Notes under the pieces: model-generated
The model's input: the letters and a program-made list of their open reading frames with translations, nothing else
Database searches by the model: none
What the model was told of the DNA's origin: nothing
Translations under genes and position numbers: made by a program
Source: Treponemataceae bacterium
Lineage (GTDB): Bacteria > Spirochaetota > Spirochaetia > Treponematales > Rectinemataceae
Length of the DNA: 64,000 nucleotides
Reading direction: 5' to 3'
NCBI GenBank assembly: GCA_963667725.2
Contig: CAXXHO010000007.1
Span: 59,434-123,433, forward strand
In this document: in pieces, positions 1-8,417 of the stretch
Layout: every line of letters begins with the position of its first letter
Numbering within the stretch: the stretch's first letter is position 1

Positions 1-293
1 TAGTTGCGCTTACCGTAAATGAATCGATGGATCTGGACTTCGTTTTCAACAATCACATAGAAAAGGAGAAAGTTATCTATCGGGATCATGTGGTACCCTA
101 GTTGATTCAAGTATGGATCCTTTACTAATGGGTAAATCAAAAGATTGTTTTCTAATCGATCAATGGCTTCAGAGAACTTGTTGAATAAAGAAGCTGGAGA
201 GGTTTTTAGTATTTGTTCAAAGTATTCTTTAATGTCATAGAGATCATGTTCAGCTGTCGGATAGATGAGAACAGAATACCTCTGCTTACTCAT
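1..293 (-). CDS. RelE/ParE family type II toxin (3' end runs off the window)
   Basis: Manual translation from ATG 293: MSKQRYSVLIYPTAEHDLYDIKEYF...GYHMIPIDNFLLFYVIVENEVQIHRFIYGKRN; ATGA overlap with the antitoxin stop; missing from the ORF track because it is open-ended. Confidence 0.88.
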   Translation of the reverse strand, partial: MSKQRYSVLIYPTAEHDLYDIKEYFEQILKTSPASLFNKFSEAIDRLENNLLIYPLVKDPYLNQLGYHMIPIDNFLLFYVIVENEVQIHRFIYGKRN

Positions 294-547
294 GATACTA
301 AGAGCCCATTTATGACATCATGAGCATTTTTCCCTTTAGCATCTTTCTTGATCTCCTCGCGGGCTTCATTAAGCTTTTGGTAGAGCTCAAGTTTTGCGAG
401 CTGTTGATCATAGTACTCGAGAGACATTACAACGAGATCACCAATACCGTTTTTAGTGAGAAATACTGGTTCACTATCCGAATGTGCAATCTCGGAGATA
501 GATGTGAAGTTGTTTCGAAGATCGGAAATCGGACGAATAATGGGCAT
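290..547 (-). CDS. Phd/YefM family antitoxin
   Basis: MPIIRPISDLRNNF...EPVFLTKNG..DLVVMS Phd-type N-terminus; GGAGG SD; lies directly upstream of the toxin. Confidence 0.92.
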   Translation of the reverse strand: MPIIRPISDLRNNFTSISEIAHSDSEPVFLTKNGIGDLVVMSLEYYDQQLAKLELYQKLNEAREEIKKDAKGKNAHDVINGLLVS

Positions 548-563
548 GGGATCCTCCTAAAAG

Positions 564-594
564 ATAGTATAATGATACTATAATGATAAGTCAA
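564..594 (-). promoter_or_regulatory. sigma70 promoter of the TA operon with overlapping palindromic operator
   Basis: TTGACT (594-589), 17 nt, TATACT (571-566); palindrome ATAGTAT-AATG-ATACTAT 564-581; direct repeat TATAATGATA at 568 and 579. Confidence 0.8.
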
Positions 595-661
595 GAAGAT
601 AAAGCCAGTAGATAGTATTGATATATAGTTACTTCTAAAAGAATTAGCTGTTAAAAGATAC

Positions 662-794
662 GGCTAACACATGCTTCAGCCTGATAATTGCTTTTATCAC
701 ACTTTTTGCAGTCGTCGCTTCGCTCCTTAGCAAAAAGTGCGCCAATCCTTCGCTTCGCTCAGGCATGGATTTAAAGCTTAAGCTAATGTTAGGT
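662..794 (+). repeat. attC site (near-intact)
   Basis: R'' GGCTAAC, L'' GCTTCAGCCT, L' AAGCTTAAGC, R' GTTAGGT; internal arms GCA/CACTTTTTGC and GCAAAAAGTG. Confidence 0.9.
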
Positions 795-829
795 GGACGC
801 GCTTAACGCGCGCTACAAGGAAAGTGAGT

Positions 830-1483
830 ATGATCAAGAATAAGGCAATTATACTAGCAACTAGAATATCCTCATTCATTGTTGTCTTATTGGGCATCAT
901 CTCCATAGGTGGCGGGTTCAAAGGAAAATGGAACTGGTCATTATTCATGTACTATACCGTGCAAAGCAATACTCTCGTGCTGCTGATGTTTGGCTATTTG
1001 ATTGTTAGGACGATTATAAGCATTAAGAACAAATCTGATCTCATAACCAAAACCAAAGACTTCGAAATGGTCTGCATGGTAGACATATTTTTGACCTTCT
1101 TTGTGTATTGGACAATGTTGGCGCCGAAAATGACCTCACTGTGGGAGTTTTCAAACATTACCGTTCATGGCGTAACGCCATTACTATGCATTATTGACTA
1201 CATTCTTTATTATCAAAATAGTAGGTTAAAGTATCGAACTGTTTATTATGCCCTTATCTATCCGTTGCTCTATATAGTTTCCAATTCAATCGTGGGTTTA
1301 CTTGGATATATCTATTACTATGATAGAACAGGTAGGCCTGTACATTTCCCTTACTTTTTTATGGATTATGACAGGTTGGGGATCAAAACCATACCTTATA
1401 TAGCTGGGTTAGTCGTGTTCATGGTTTGCATGAGTCATATAGTCTATGGTATTGATAAACGTATACTGAAGAAAAAGAGATAA
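830..1483 (+). CDS. Pr6Pr/FAR-17a-AIG1-like integral membrane protein
   Basis: Six hydrophobic segments; motifs YYTVQSN, VHGVTP, PYFFMD. Confidence 0.7.
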   Translation: MIKNKAIILATRISSFIVVLLGIISIGGGFKGKWNWSLFMYYTVQSNTLVLLMFGYLIVRTIISIKNKSDLITKTKDFEMVCMVDIFLTFFVYWTMLAPKMTSLWEFSNITVHGVTPLLCIIDYILYYQNSRLKYRTVYYALIYPLLYIVSNSIVGLLGYIYYYDRTGRPVHFPYFFMDYDRLGIKTIPYIAGLVVFMVCMSHIVYGIDKRILKKKR

Positions 1484-1498
1484 TGAAGTAATAGTAGC

Positions 1499-1625
1499 AT
1501 CTAGCACCTGCTTCAACCCGATAATTGCTTTTGGCGCAATTCTTGCAGTCGCTGCGCTCGGCAAGAACTGCGCCAAGCCTTTGCTTCGCTCAGGCGCGGA
1601 TTTAAAGGTTAAGCCAATGTTAGGT
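1499..1625 (+). repeat. attC site (R'' core AGC variant)
   Basis: ATCTAGC..GCTTCAACC ... GGTTAAGC..GTTAGGT; unpaired C in L''; close paralog of the 662 site. Confidence 0.9.
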
Positions 1626-1691
1626 GGACGCGCTAAGGCGCGCCAAGCAAGATACTGAATAGTTGAGCTATTGATGCATAGGAGTATAATC

Positions 1692-2333
1692 ATGTCGGAT
1701 TACTCAAAAAGTGCATTGGAGATCTTGCGCAATCCTCAGAAGACAATGCAATGGTACATTATCCCGATCTTTGTAATTGTCTTATACATATATTATAAAG
1801 AGTTACATGATAAGCACTACAATGTAGTATTAGGGGCATTTGCTTTATGGGGAATGGACCTCTTTAACGAGATATGGAATAGCATTGTTTTTCATGCAAC
1901 GGGGTTTGCTCCAGTGTGGGGCACTCCTGGCGGAGTAGGGAATACTTCATTATTGCTCTTGATTGGCTACAATATAGAAATATCGCTTATGTTCGCTGTT
2001 ATGGGGATCGCCGTATGCTTAAGCTTGCCTAAAGACAAGACAAAGAAGATATTGGGGATCAATAATAGAATATTTTTAGGAATAGGGTTTACTACCGTAG
2101 CGGTGCTTGTCGAATGCTTTTTAAATTATGCTGGTTTATTGACGTGGGAATATCCTTGGTGGAGCAGGCAGGCGCCATGGCTTGTATGGCTTATAGGGTA
2201 TGCTCCATTCTTTACGATGGCATTTATTGTCCATGATATGAAGAAACGCAAGAATCAAATACTTACTTTAGGTATAATACTGGGCATTGATATCATTGCA
2301 TTAATTGTATTTGGAAGTATTGGTTGGATGTAA
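1692..2333 (+). CDS. Multi-pass membrane protein of unknown function (paralog of 26496-27125)
   Basis: Hydrophobic; shares ILR..QWY.IP, ILGINNRI and W.Y.WW with 26496-27125; AGGAG SD. Confidence 0.8.
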   Translation: MSDYSKSALEILRNPQKTMQWYIIPIFVIVLYIYYKELHDKHYNVVLGAFALWGMDLFNEIWNSIVFHATGFAPVWGTPGGVGNTSLLLLIGYNIEISLMFAVMGIAVCLSLPKDKTKKILGINNRIFLGIGFTTVAVLVECFLNYAGLLTWEYPWWSRQAPWLVWLIGYAPFFTMAFIVHDMKKRKNQILTLGIILGIDIIALIVFGSIGWM

Positions 2334-2345
2334 TAGAGAAGAAGC

Positions 2346-2475
2346 TTCTATCAATCGCTTCAATCCAACTCGGCTACTGTCACGGTTTGTGCAAGGCCGC
2401 TTGGCTCCCAGCACAAACCACGCCAAGTTTTCGCTTCGCGCAGGCTCGGATTTAAAGGTTAAGCTAATGATAGAC
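2346..2475 (+). repeat. attC site with ATC/GAT cores
   Basis: TTCTATC..GCTTCAATCC ... GGTTAAGC..GATAGAC; arms GGTTTGTGC and GCACAAACC. Confidence 0.85.
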
Positions 2476-2507
2476 AAACGCGCTTCGCGCAGAGGAAAGA
2501 TCTTCAC

Positions 2508-2951
2508 ATGAGAGTATGGTCATTGCACCCCAAATACCTAGATGCAAAAGGCATCGTCGCGGCGTGGAGAGAAGGGCTATTGGCAAAAAAGGTGCTAGAG
2601 GGAAGAACAAACGGATACAGAAACCATCCTCAGCTATGCCGATTCAAAGAGTGTAAAGACCCTGTTGAAGCAATAACTGCATATCTGCAGCATGTGTATA
2701 GTGAATCCCTTGTACGGGGCTATCGATTCAATGGAGACAAAATAGGTCCACATAGAGAATGTACGGAAATGATGATAGAAGTGACAGACGGGCAAATTGC
2801 ATATGAGTATCGCTTGTTGCTGCATAAACTGAAGGCAAGAGATCCAACTAAATATAATCGGATAAAGAACATAAAGGACATTGAAGTAAACGGGATATTC
2901 AAGGTGATTGAAGGTGGGATTTGTGAATGGGAGAAAATGAAAGAACTATAG
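2508..2951 (+). CDS. Pyrimidine-dimer DNA glycosylase / T4 endonuclease V-like protein
   Basis: MRVWSLHPKYLD.KG..A.WREGLLA..VL.G.T.GY.NHPQL. Confidence 0.85.
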   Translation: MRVWSLHPKYLDAKGIVAAWREGLLAKKVLEGRTNGYRNHPQLCRFKECKDPVEAITAYLQHVYSESLVRGYRFNGDKIGPHRECTEMMIEVTDGQIAYEYRLLLHKLKARDPTKYNRIKNIKDIEVNGIFKVIEGGICEWEKMKEL

Positions 2952-3016
2952 GTTCACTATCCGAATGGGCAATCTCGGAGATAGTTGTGAAGTTGTTTCG
3001 AAGATCAGAAATCGGA
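2951..3016 (-). pseudogene. 66-bp relic of a second copy of the antitoxin gene
   Basis: 63/66 identical to 468-533 by direct comparison. Confidence 0.9.
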
Positions 3017-3030
3017 TAAAAAAGAAGAAC

Positions 3031-3103
3031 GGCCAACTCCTGCTTCAGCTTGATAATTGCTTTTGTCACAGTTCTTGCAGTCGCTGAGCTCGAGAAGAAT
3101 TGC
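3031..3103 (+). repeat. Truncated attC (left part only; L'/R' deleted)
   Basis: GGCCAAC-TCCT-GCTTCAGCTTGATAATTGCTTTTGTCACA matches the start of the 662 site. Confidence 0.8.
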
Positions 3104-3121
3104 CTACCTAAAGGATAAGCG

Positions 3122-3637
3122 ATGAATGTATCATTCCAGCTACTTAAGAAACCTACAAACGAAATAATTGAAAAAATGGTTATATGGAATAATGATCCAA
3201 GCCTAAGGCCTCTTATTAGACCGAATAAATGTGAAGCAGATCTAGAAAAAATAATGACCACTTCTGAAATTGAATCGGGAATGAAGCACAGTATTACGCA
3301 TATAATAAAAATTGACAAAGAAGTGGTTGGAGAAATAGGATATCAGATAGAACCACCTCAGTTGTTTAAGAAAGAAAAAGGAACCGTATGGATATCTATC
3401 ATAATAGGAGAACAAGCAGCCCATGGCAAAGGTATTGGAACTGAAGCGATGGAGTATATAGAAAAAGTAATAAAAAAAGAAGGCTTTAGTAGGATTGAAC
3501 TAGGAGTATTTGAGTTTAACAAGGTAGCACTAGGACTCTATCAAAAGATGGGATATAAGGAGATAGGAAGAGTGAAAGAATTCACCTATTGGAATGGAAA
3601 GATGTGGCAAGATATAAGAATGGAAAAGAACATTTGA
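3122..3637 (+). CDS. GNAT acetyltransferase
   Basis: HGKGIGT motif A; FN..A..LY.KMG. Confidence 0.88.
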   Translation: MNVSFQLLKKPTNEIIEKMVIWNNDPSLRPLIRPNKCEADLEKIMTTSEIESGMKHSITHIIKIDKEVVGEIGYQIEPPQLFKKEKGTVWISIIIGEQAAHGKGIGTEAMEYIEKVIKKEGFSRIELGVFEFNKVALGLYQKMGYKEIGRVKEFTYWNGKMWQDIRMEKNI

Positions 3638-3652
3638 ACGAGGAATGAATAT

Positions 3653-3766
3653 TTCTAACACTCGTTTCAACCTGACTCGGCCACTGTCAAGGTTTGTGCT
3701 GCTCACTTCGTTCGCAAGCCACGAATCGCGCCTATTGACGCCTCGCAGGTTAGACGTATGTTAGAA
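3653..3766 (+). repeat. attC site (canonical complementary cores)
   Basis: TTCTAAC / GTTAGAA perfectly complementary; GTTTCAACCTG / CAGGTTAGAC L boxes with an extrahelical base. Confidence 0.92.
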
Positions 3767-3812
3767 CGGCGCCTCCGGCGCCGGATCTTAAGAATCTATA
3801 TTGGAGTGCAAT

Positions 3813-4346
3813 ATGCATATCAAGAAAATTATTGGCGACAAATGCTATCTTTCTCCCATCGATCTCGAAGACATCAATCTCTATCTAGAATGGCTCAACT
3901 CAGAGGATGTTTACAAATACCTCCTTGTAGGAACAAGCGTGCTTACGTATGAGACTGAAAAAGAAGTGTTGCTTAAGCTTTCTAAAGAACATGTGTATGG
4001 CATTATTGATAAGGAGACTGATAAACTACTAGGCAATGTTGGGCTAATGAGTGTCAATCACATTCATAAAACGGCAGAAGTAGGAATATTTATTGGGAAT
4101 CAAGAGTATTGGGGCAAAGGCTATGGAACTGAAGCTTTGAAGCTTCTTGTAGATTATGCCTTTCGAATATTAGGGCTAGAGAACATTATGTTGAAGACCT
4201 ATGATTATAATGTGAGAGCACAAAAGAGTTATAAGAAAGTAGGTTTTAAGGTTATGGGTGTGAGAAGAAGCTCTCATTACTATAATAATGAACGACATGA
4301 TGATATTTATATGGATGTAGTAAAAGAAGACTTTTATCGTCAATAA
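3813..4346 (+). CDS. GNAT acetyltransferase (RimJ/RimL-like)
   Basis: AEVGIFIG..YWGKGYGTEA; YN.RA..SY.KVGF. Confidence 0.9.
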   Translation: MHIKKIIGDKCYLSPIDLEDINLYLEWLNSEDVYKYLLVGTSVLTYETEKEVLLKLSKEHVYGIIDKETDKLLGNVGLMSVNHIHKTAEVGIFIGNQEYWGKGYGTEALKLLVDYAFRILGLENIMLKTYDYNVRAQKSYKKVGFKVMGVRRSSHYYNNERHDDIYMDVVKEDFYRQ

Positions 4347-4451
4347 GAAGCGGCAATGCAGTATAGACCTTAGCTGCAAGGTAATTGATGAAGAGAATTA
4401 TTTATGTTTAATAGCGCATTAAGCTTAAACGTGTGTTGAAAGGGGGTGAAT

Positions 4452-4691
4452 ATGCTAATTACATTGATAATTGTCGGCGGAATCACAATAATATCTATAG
4501 CAGGTATTATTGGAGAAAGTTTAAGCAAGTCGAAAAAATCTACGTCATCAATAGATGCTAAAGAGATGAAAGATTTAAAGGATAGAATCGCAGAACTAGA
4601 GAGAGTAATAGTTGAGCAAGATAAAAAAATTGAACATTTAGAAACGGATATCTCATTTACAAATAAGTTGCTAGAAGATAAGACAAAATAG
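4452..4691 (+). CDS. Small protein with N-terminal TM helix and coiled coil
   Basis: Hydrophobic N-terminus, heptad-rich C-terminus, GGGGGTG SD. Confidence 0.7.
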   Translation: MLITLIIVGGITIISIAGIIGESLSKSKKSTSSIDAKEMKDLKDRIAELERVIVEQDKKIEHLETDISFTNKLLEDKTK

Positions 4692-4713
4692 ATGTTTAGG
4701 CGGTAATAGAGAA

Positions 4714-4838
4714 ATTTAGCGCCTGCTTAAGCCTGGTGATTGCTTTCATCACAGTTCTTGCAGTTGCCACACACTGAAAGAAGTGCCCAAATCTTCGCTG
4801 CGCTCAGGACGCAATTATAAGTCAAGCTAGTGTTTTAC
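4714..4838 (+). repeat. Degenerate attC
   Basis: ATTTAGC..GCTTAAGCCTG...CTTCGCTGCGCTCAGG...GTCAAGCTAGT-GTTTTAC is colinear with the 662 and 1499 sites. Confidence 0.8.
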
Positions 4839-4923
4839 GGAAAATGCACGCATCATTATCGGTTTTCTTCTCTATGGCGAAATTTTGAAGTGTTAGGCAA
4901 ACAGGCTTTTGGAGATTGAAGAT

Positions 4924-5211
4924 ATGATAATTCTTGTTATTACTCACGAAATGCCAAATATCAAATGGAATGAATACGGGACCATTTTAAAAGAAGAAGC
5001 TAAGGCAATATGGAACTTACAGAAGAAAGGGAAGATAAGGAATATTTGGTTTAGGAAAGATACAAGAGAAGCAATAATAATGTTTGAAGATATAAATGTT
5101 GAAAGCGTAAGGCAGATGATGGCTCAACTTCCTTTAGCTAAAGGGAGCCTAATGACCTATGAGATAATGCCTTTAGAAGCCTACGATGGATATGAAAGGC
5201 TATTTTGTTGA
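4924..5211 (+). CDS. Muconolactone delta-isomerase-like small protein
   Basis: E AKAIW.LQ..G.IR.IW ... LPL motif; about 95 aa. Confidence 0.6.
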   Translation: MIILVITHEMPNIKWNEYGTILKEEAKAIWNLQKKGKIRNIWFRKDTREAIIMFEDINVESVRQMMAQLPLAKGSLMTYEIMPLEAYDGYERLFC

Positions 5212-5224
5212 AGAAAGAGAAAAC

Positions 5225-5338
5225 TTCTAGCACTAGCTTCAGTCTGACTCAGCTACTATCACAGTCTGTGCGAGGTCGCTTCGCTCCCTAGCACAAACTG
5301 CGCCAGCAGCCATTTCACAAGTTAATCGAATTTTCAAT
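5225..5338 (+). repeat. Degenerate attC (R' lost)
   Basis: TTCTAGC..GCTTCAGTCTGACTCAGCTACTATCACAGTCTGTGC...GCACAAACTGCGCC is colinear with the 2346 site. Confidence 0.8.
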
Positions 5339-5379
5339 AGACAGAACGATTCCAAATTTTTCTGCCAAATAGAGGCACT

Positions 5380-5940
5380 ATGGGTAAACTCATTTATACT
5401 GCTTTAATATCACTTGATGGCTACATATCTGATGATTTAGGCAATTTTGATTGGGCAGAGCCGCAGGAAGATGTTCACAGATATATTAATAATATTGAAG
5501 ATAGGATAAGCCTTGTACTGTATGGCAGGAAAATGTATGAAATTTTGTCAGTTTGGGAAAATATTCTTGATATGGGAAACCAGCCAGATTATATTAAAGA
5601 ATACGCGATAGCTTGGAAAAAGCAAAGAAAGATAGTATTTAGTACAAAATTGCAAGCTGTATCGATATCTAATACCAAGCTCATGAAAAAATTTGATCGA
5701 GATGAAATAGAGAGAATGAAAATAGATGAATTGGGTGATATGGGAATTGGAGGAGCAAATCTTGCTTCACAAGCATTTGATTTATGCTTGGTTGATGAGA
5801 TAATGATATTTATCTATCCCATAGTAATAGGGAATGGAACTAAATGGCTTGGTTCGATTAGGAATGTACAGCTTGAAATGATGGAAGTAAGAGAATTTAA
5901 TAATGGAATTGTGATGATTCATTATTCAGTGAAAAAATAA
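5380..5940 (+). CDS. Dihydrofolate reductase-like / RibD C-terminal domain protein
   Basis: SLDGYI, GRKMYE, GGA.LA, LVDE..I...P...G.G. Confidence 0.88.
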   Translation: MGKLIYTALISLDGYISDDLGNFDWAEPQEDVHRYINNIEDRISLVLYGRKMYEILSVWENILDMGNQPDYIKEYAIAWKKQRKIVFSTKLQAVSISNTKLMKKFDRDEIERMKIDELGDMGIGGANLASQAFDLCLVDEIMIFIYPIVIGNGTKWLGSIRNVQLEMMEVREFNNGIVMIHYSVKK

Positions 5941-6034
5941 GAAGCGGAGAGAATTGCTGCCTGGCGATTGCTTCAGCCTTATAAATCATTTGTAAAGATT
6001 GTGCTAGGATTGAAGAGTGAAGCTACGCCTTATA

Positions 6035-6560
6035 AAAGCTGATATTGCATTTATGATAGAGAAAAAGTACGAGAATGAAATAATTCCATCAAAATGTATA
6101 ATTAGTGGAGCAAATTTGAAGGATCTAAAAACAGTGCACAATGAAATAGAAAACTTTATTGCGCTTAAAATGGAGTCTGATTCGCCGTTTGCAAATAGGA
6201 AAGGCGAGAAGGTGTTCGATATTATCCGTATTTGCCCAAACCACTTAGGATACAGGCGTTTTACGTAATAGGGCGGAAGCCAAAATGTATAAAAAATAGG
6301 TGGAACAACATTAATAACCTCATTATCTAGCTTCGGGAATATCTCGTCTTTGGCAATTCCTTTAGGGAGTTATCCATTGGCAATGGCTATAGGTTCGATT
6401 AAAGAATAGGCTTGGACGGTTAATGGAAAAATTGAGGTTAGGGAAATACAGAATATAACCATGCAGTTCAGTCATGACTTTGTAGATGGTGGAGACGAAG
6501 CGTGATTTATTAAAGTACTTAATGATGAACTCGATAAATTAGCTAAAGAAATATGCCGAG
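6035..6560 (+). pseudogene. Disrupted 2-oxoacid dehydrogenase E2 (acyltransferase catalytic domain)-like gene
   Basis: Reads DIAFMIEK...GGTTLITSLSSFG...AIGSIKE*AWTVNGKIEVRE..ITMQFSHDFVDGG..A*F (HxxxDG motif); several stops, N-terminus missing. Confidence 0.75.
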
Positions 6561-6582
6561 CGGCTCTTAAGCGCAGGAAGAA

Positions 6583-7146
6583 ATGGAAAACATCAAATTG
6601 GATCGTTCATCAAAGATTCTCGTGATCGGGACAAGCGGCTCTGGAAAAACAACACTTGCCGAAAAGTTGAGCAAAATGTTGGGCATTAAGAATATCGAAC
6701 TGGATGCTCTCTTTTGGAAAGAGAACTGGACACAATCAAGTACCGAAGAGTTTCGGGAAAAAATTGTGAGTTCAATTAAAACGGCAGAAGGGTATGTACT
6801 TCATGGGAACTATAATAAGGTTAAAGACTTAACATGGGGCAATGTGGATACTGTAATATGGCTTGATTATGGTAGGGTAGTAGTAATGTGGAGGGTGCTT
6901 AAGAGGACTATTGGCAGGATTATAACGCAAGAAGAATTATGGGCAGGAAACAAAGAGACTTTCAAGAAATCATTTTTAGAAAAAGATTCAATAGTTCTCT
7001 GGGCTTGGAATACTTATAAAAAGAGAAAGGAGCAATATTCTATAATGGTGAAAGATAATCCTTATAGGATTAAGGAAATTGTTGTATTGAAAAGTCCTAA
7101 AGAGGCAAAGTCATTGTTGAAGATGATTGAAGAACTAAAATGTTGA
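6583..7146 (+). CDS. Adenylate kinase-like P-loop protein (FlaR/topology modulation family)
   Basis: GTSGSGKTT; IELDALFW..NW; GNY; DTVIWLDY. Confidence 0.85.
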   Translation: MENIKLDRSSKILVIGTSGSGKTTLAEKLSKMLGIKNIELDALFWKENWTQSSTEEFREKIVSSIKTAEGYVLHGNYNKVKDLTWGNVDTVIWLDYGRVVVMWRVLKRTIGRIITQEELWAGNKETFKKSFLEKDSIVLWAWNTYKKRKEQYSIMVKDNPYRIKEIVVLKSPKEAKSLLKMIEELKC

Positions 7147-7202
7147 ATCACCTGTCGTTCTTTGAATATAAGATTTTTAAGTGTGCAGGGTAGGGTGGAA
7201 AA

Positions 7203-7676
7203 GTGGAGTATGCAGTCTGGCTGGACTATTTGGAGCGTCAAAAGAACATGGGGAACCATCATTCTCCGCAATATGTGTTTGCTGAACACTTTTGCAATGA
7301 CAAACAATCGGCAGACAAATTGTATCAATTGGTGATGGATGGAAAGAAAAGGGCAACTACAGGAAGTATATGGGCATATGAACATGATAACGAACCGATA
7401 TTAAATTCTGGAGACCTTACAATCTTGACGAACTATGATGAATCACGGGCATGTGTAATAAGAACAAAAAGTGTAGTCATAAAGAAATTCAAAGAGATCA
7501 CTGAAGACGAGGCGGGAAAAGAAGGAGAGGGGGATTTGAGTTTGGGATATTGGCGAAAAGTCCATAAAGAATACTTCGAAGAGGAATGTAGGAGGATTGG
7601 AAGAGAATTTTCCGAAGAAATGCCTGTAGCATATGAAGAGTTTGAGATTGAGTATGAGAATGAGCGTGGTCATTGA
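7203..7676 (+). CDS. ASCH domain protein
   Basis: LV.DGKKRAT; EGEGDLSL.YWR.VH..YF. Confidence 0.9.
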   Translation: MEYAVWLDYLERQKNMGNHHSPQYVFAEHFCNDKQSADKLYQLVMDGKKRATTGSIWAYEHDNEPILNSGDLTILTNYDESRACVIRTKSVVIKKFKEITEDEAGKEGEGDLSLGYWRKVHKEYFEEECRRIGREFSEEMPVAYEEFEIEYENERGH

Positions 7677-7739
7677 TGTTCAAAGGGAAGCATTCAGAGA
7701 GTGCGTTGCGCGGATGTTTAGCTCGGAGGATTGAAAAAT

Positions 7740-8309
7740 ATGAACGATGAATTGGAATTCCAATCTAGGCAACATTTTAGGCTTTGGTTAACTGAACATT
7801 CACAAGATGGGAAAGGTGTTTGGGTCATCTTTTGTAAAGGCAAGGAAGCAACCACATTGAAATCTAGTGAGGCGCTGGAGGAAGCATTGTGCTTTGGCTG
7901 GATTGATGGGCAGATCAAGCCAATAGATGATGTAAGGTATATGAAATACTTTGCTCCACGAGGAGCAAAAAGTAATTGGTCGGAGAAAAATAAGAGGCTT
8001 GCAGAGGAACTCATTAAGGCTGGTTTGTTCTCAGAGTATGGGTTCTCTGCGATTGAAAAATCAAAGAAAAATGGGTTATGGGATCAGGAAAAGAAAAACA
8101 TCGATCCCGATGCCATAGTGAAAACACTTGCCGATGAGCTGAAAGTGAATAGCATAAAGGCGCATGGGATATTCAGCTCTTCATCGGAATCGAAACAGAG
8201 GCAGTTGGCTAGGTTCTATGCCGATGTCAAGAGTGAAGAAGTCAGGAAAAAAAGAATGATAAAAATCGTAGAGGCATTAATAGAGCGCAAAAAAGGTATG
8301 TTGTATTAA
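7740..8309 (+). CDS. YdeI/OmpD-associated family protein
   Basis: F..WL..H; EALCFGWIDG; F.PR..KS.WS..NK. Confidence 0.88.
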   Translation: MNDELEFQSRQHFRLWLTEHSQDGKGVWVIFCKGKEATTLKSSEALEEALCFGWIDGQIKPIDDVRYMKYFAPRGAKSNWSEKNKRLAEELIKAGLFSEYGFSAIEKSKKNGLWDQEKKNIDPDAIVKTLADELKVNSIKAHGIFSSSSESKQRQLARFYADVKSEEVRKKRMIKIVEALIERKKGMLY

Positions 8310-8417
8310 GCGGAGACACATAAGGGTACTGGAGTATGCGCTTATGCGAGCGAGTGGGAGAATGGCATACAGACTTATTCATATAAGTTTGATAAAAATA
8401 TTGTCAGGAGATGCCGT

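Noticed and set aside
2899..3318. 139-aa minus-strand ORF containing antitoxin-like sequence
   Set aside because: Chance read-through across an antisense GNAT, an attC half and the 66-bp relic; no SD or promoter
662..5340. Repeats read as a CRISPR array or REP/MITE family
   Set aside because: Units are 110-135 bp imperfect palindromes separated by whole genes with attC-type cores; no short constant repeats and no cas genes
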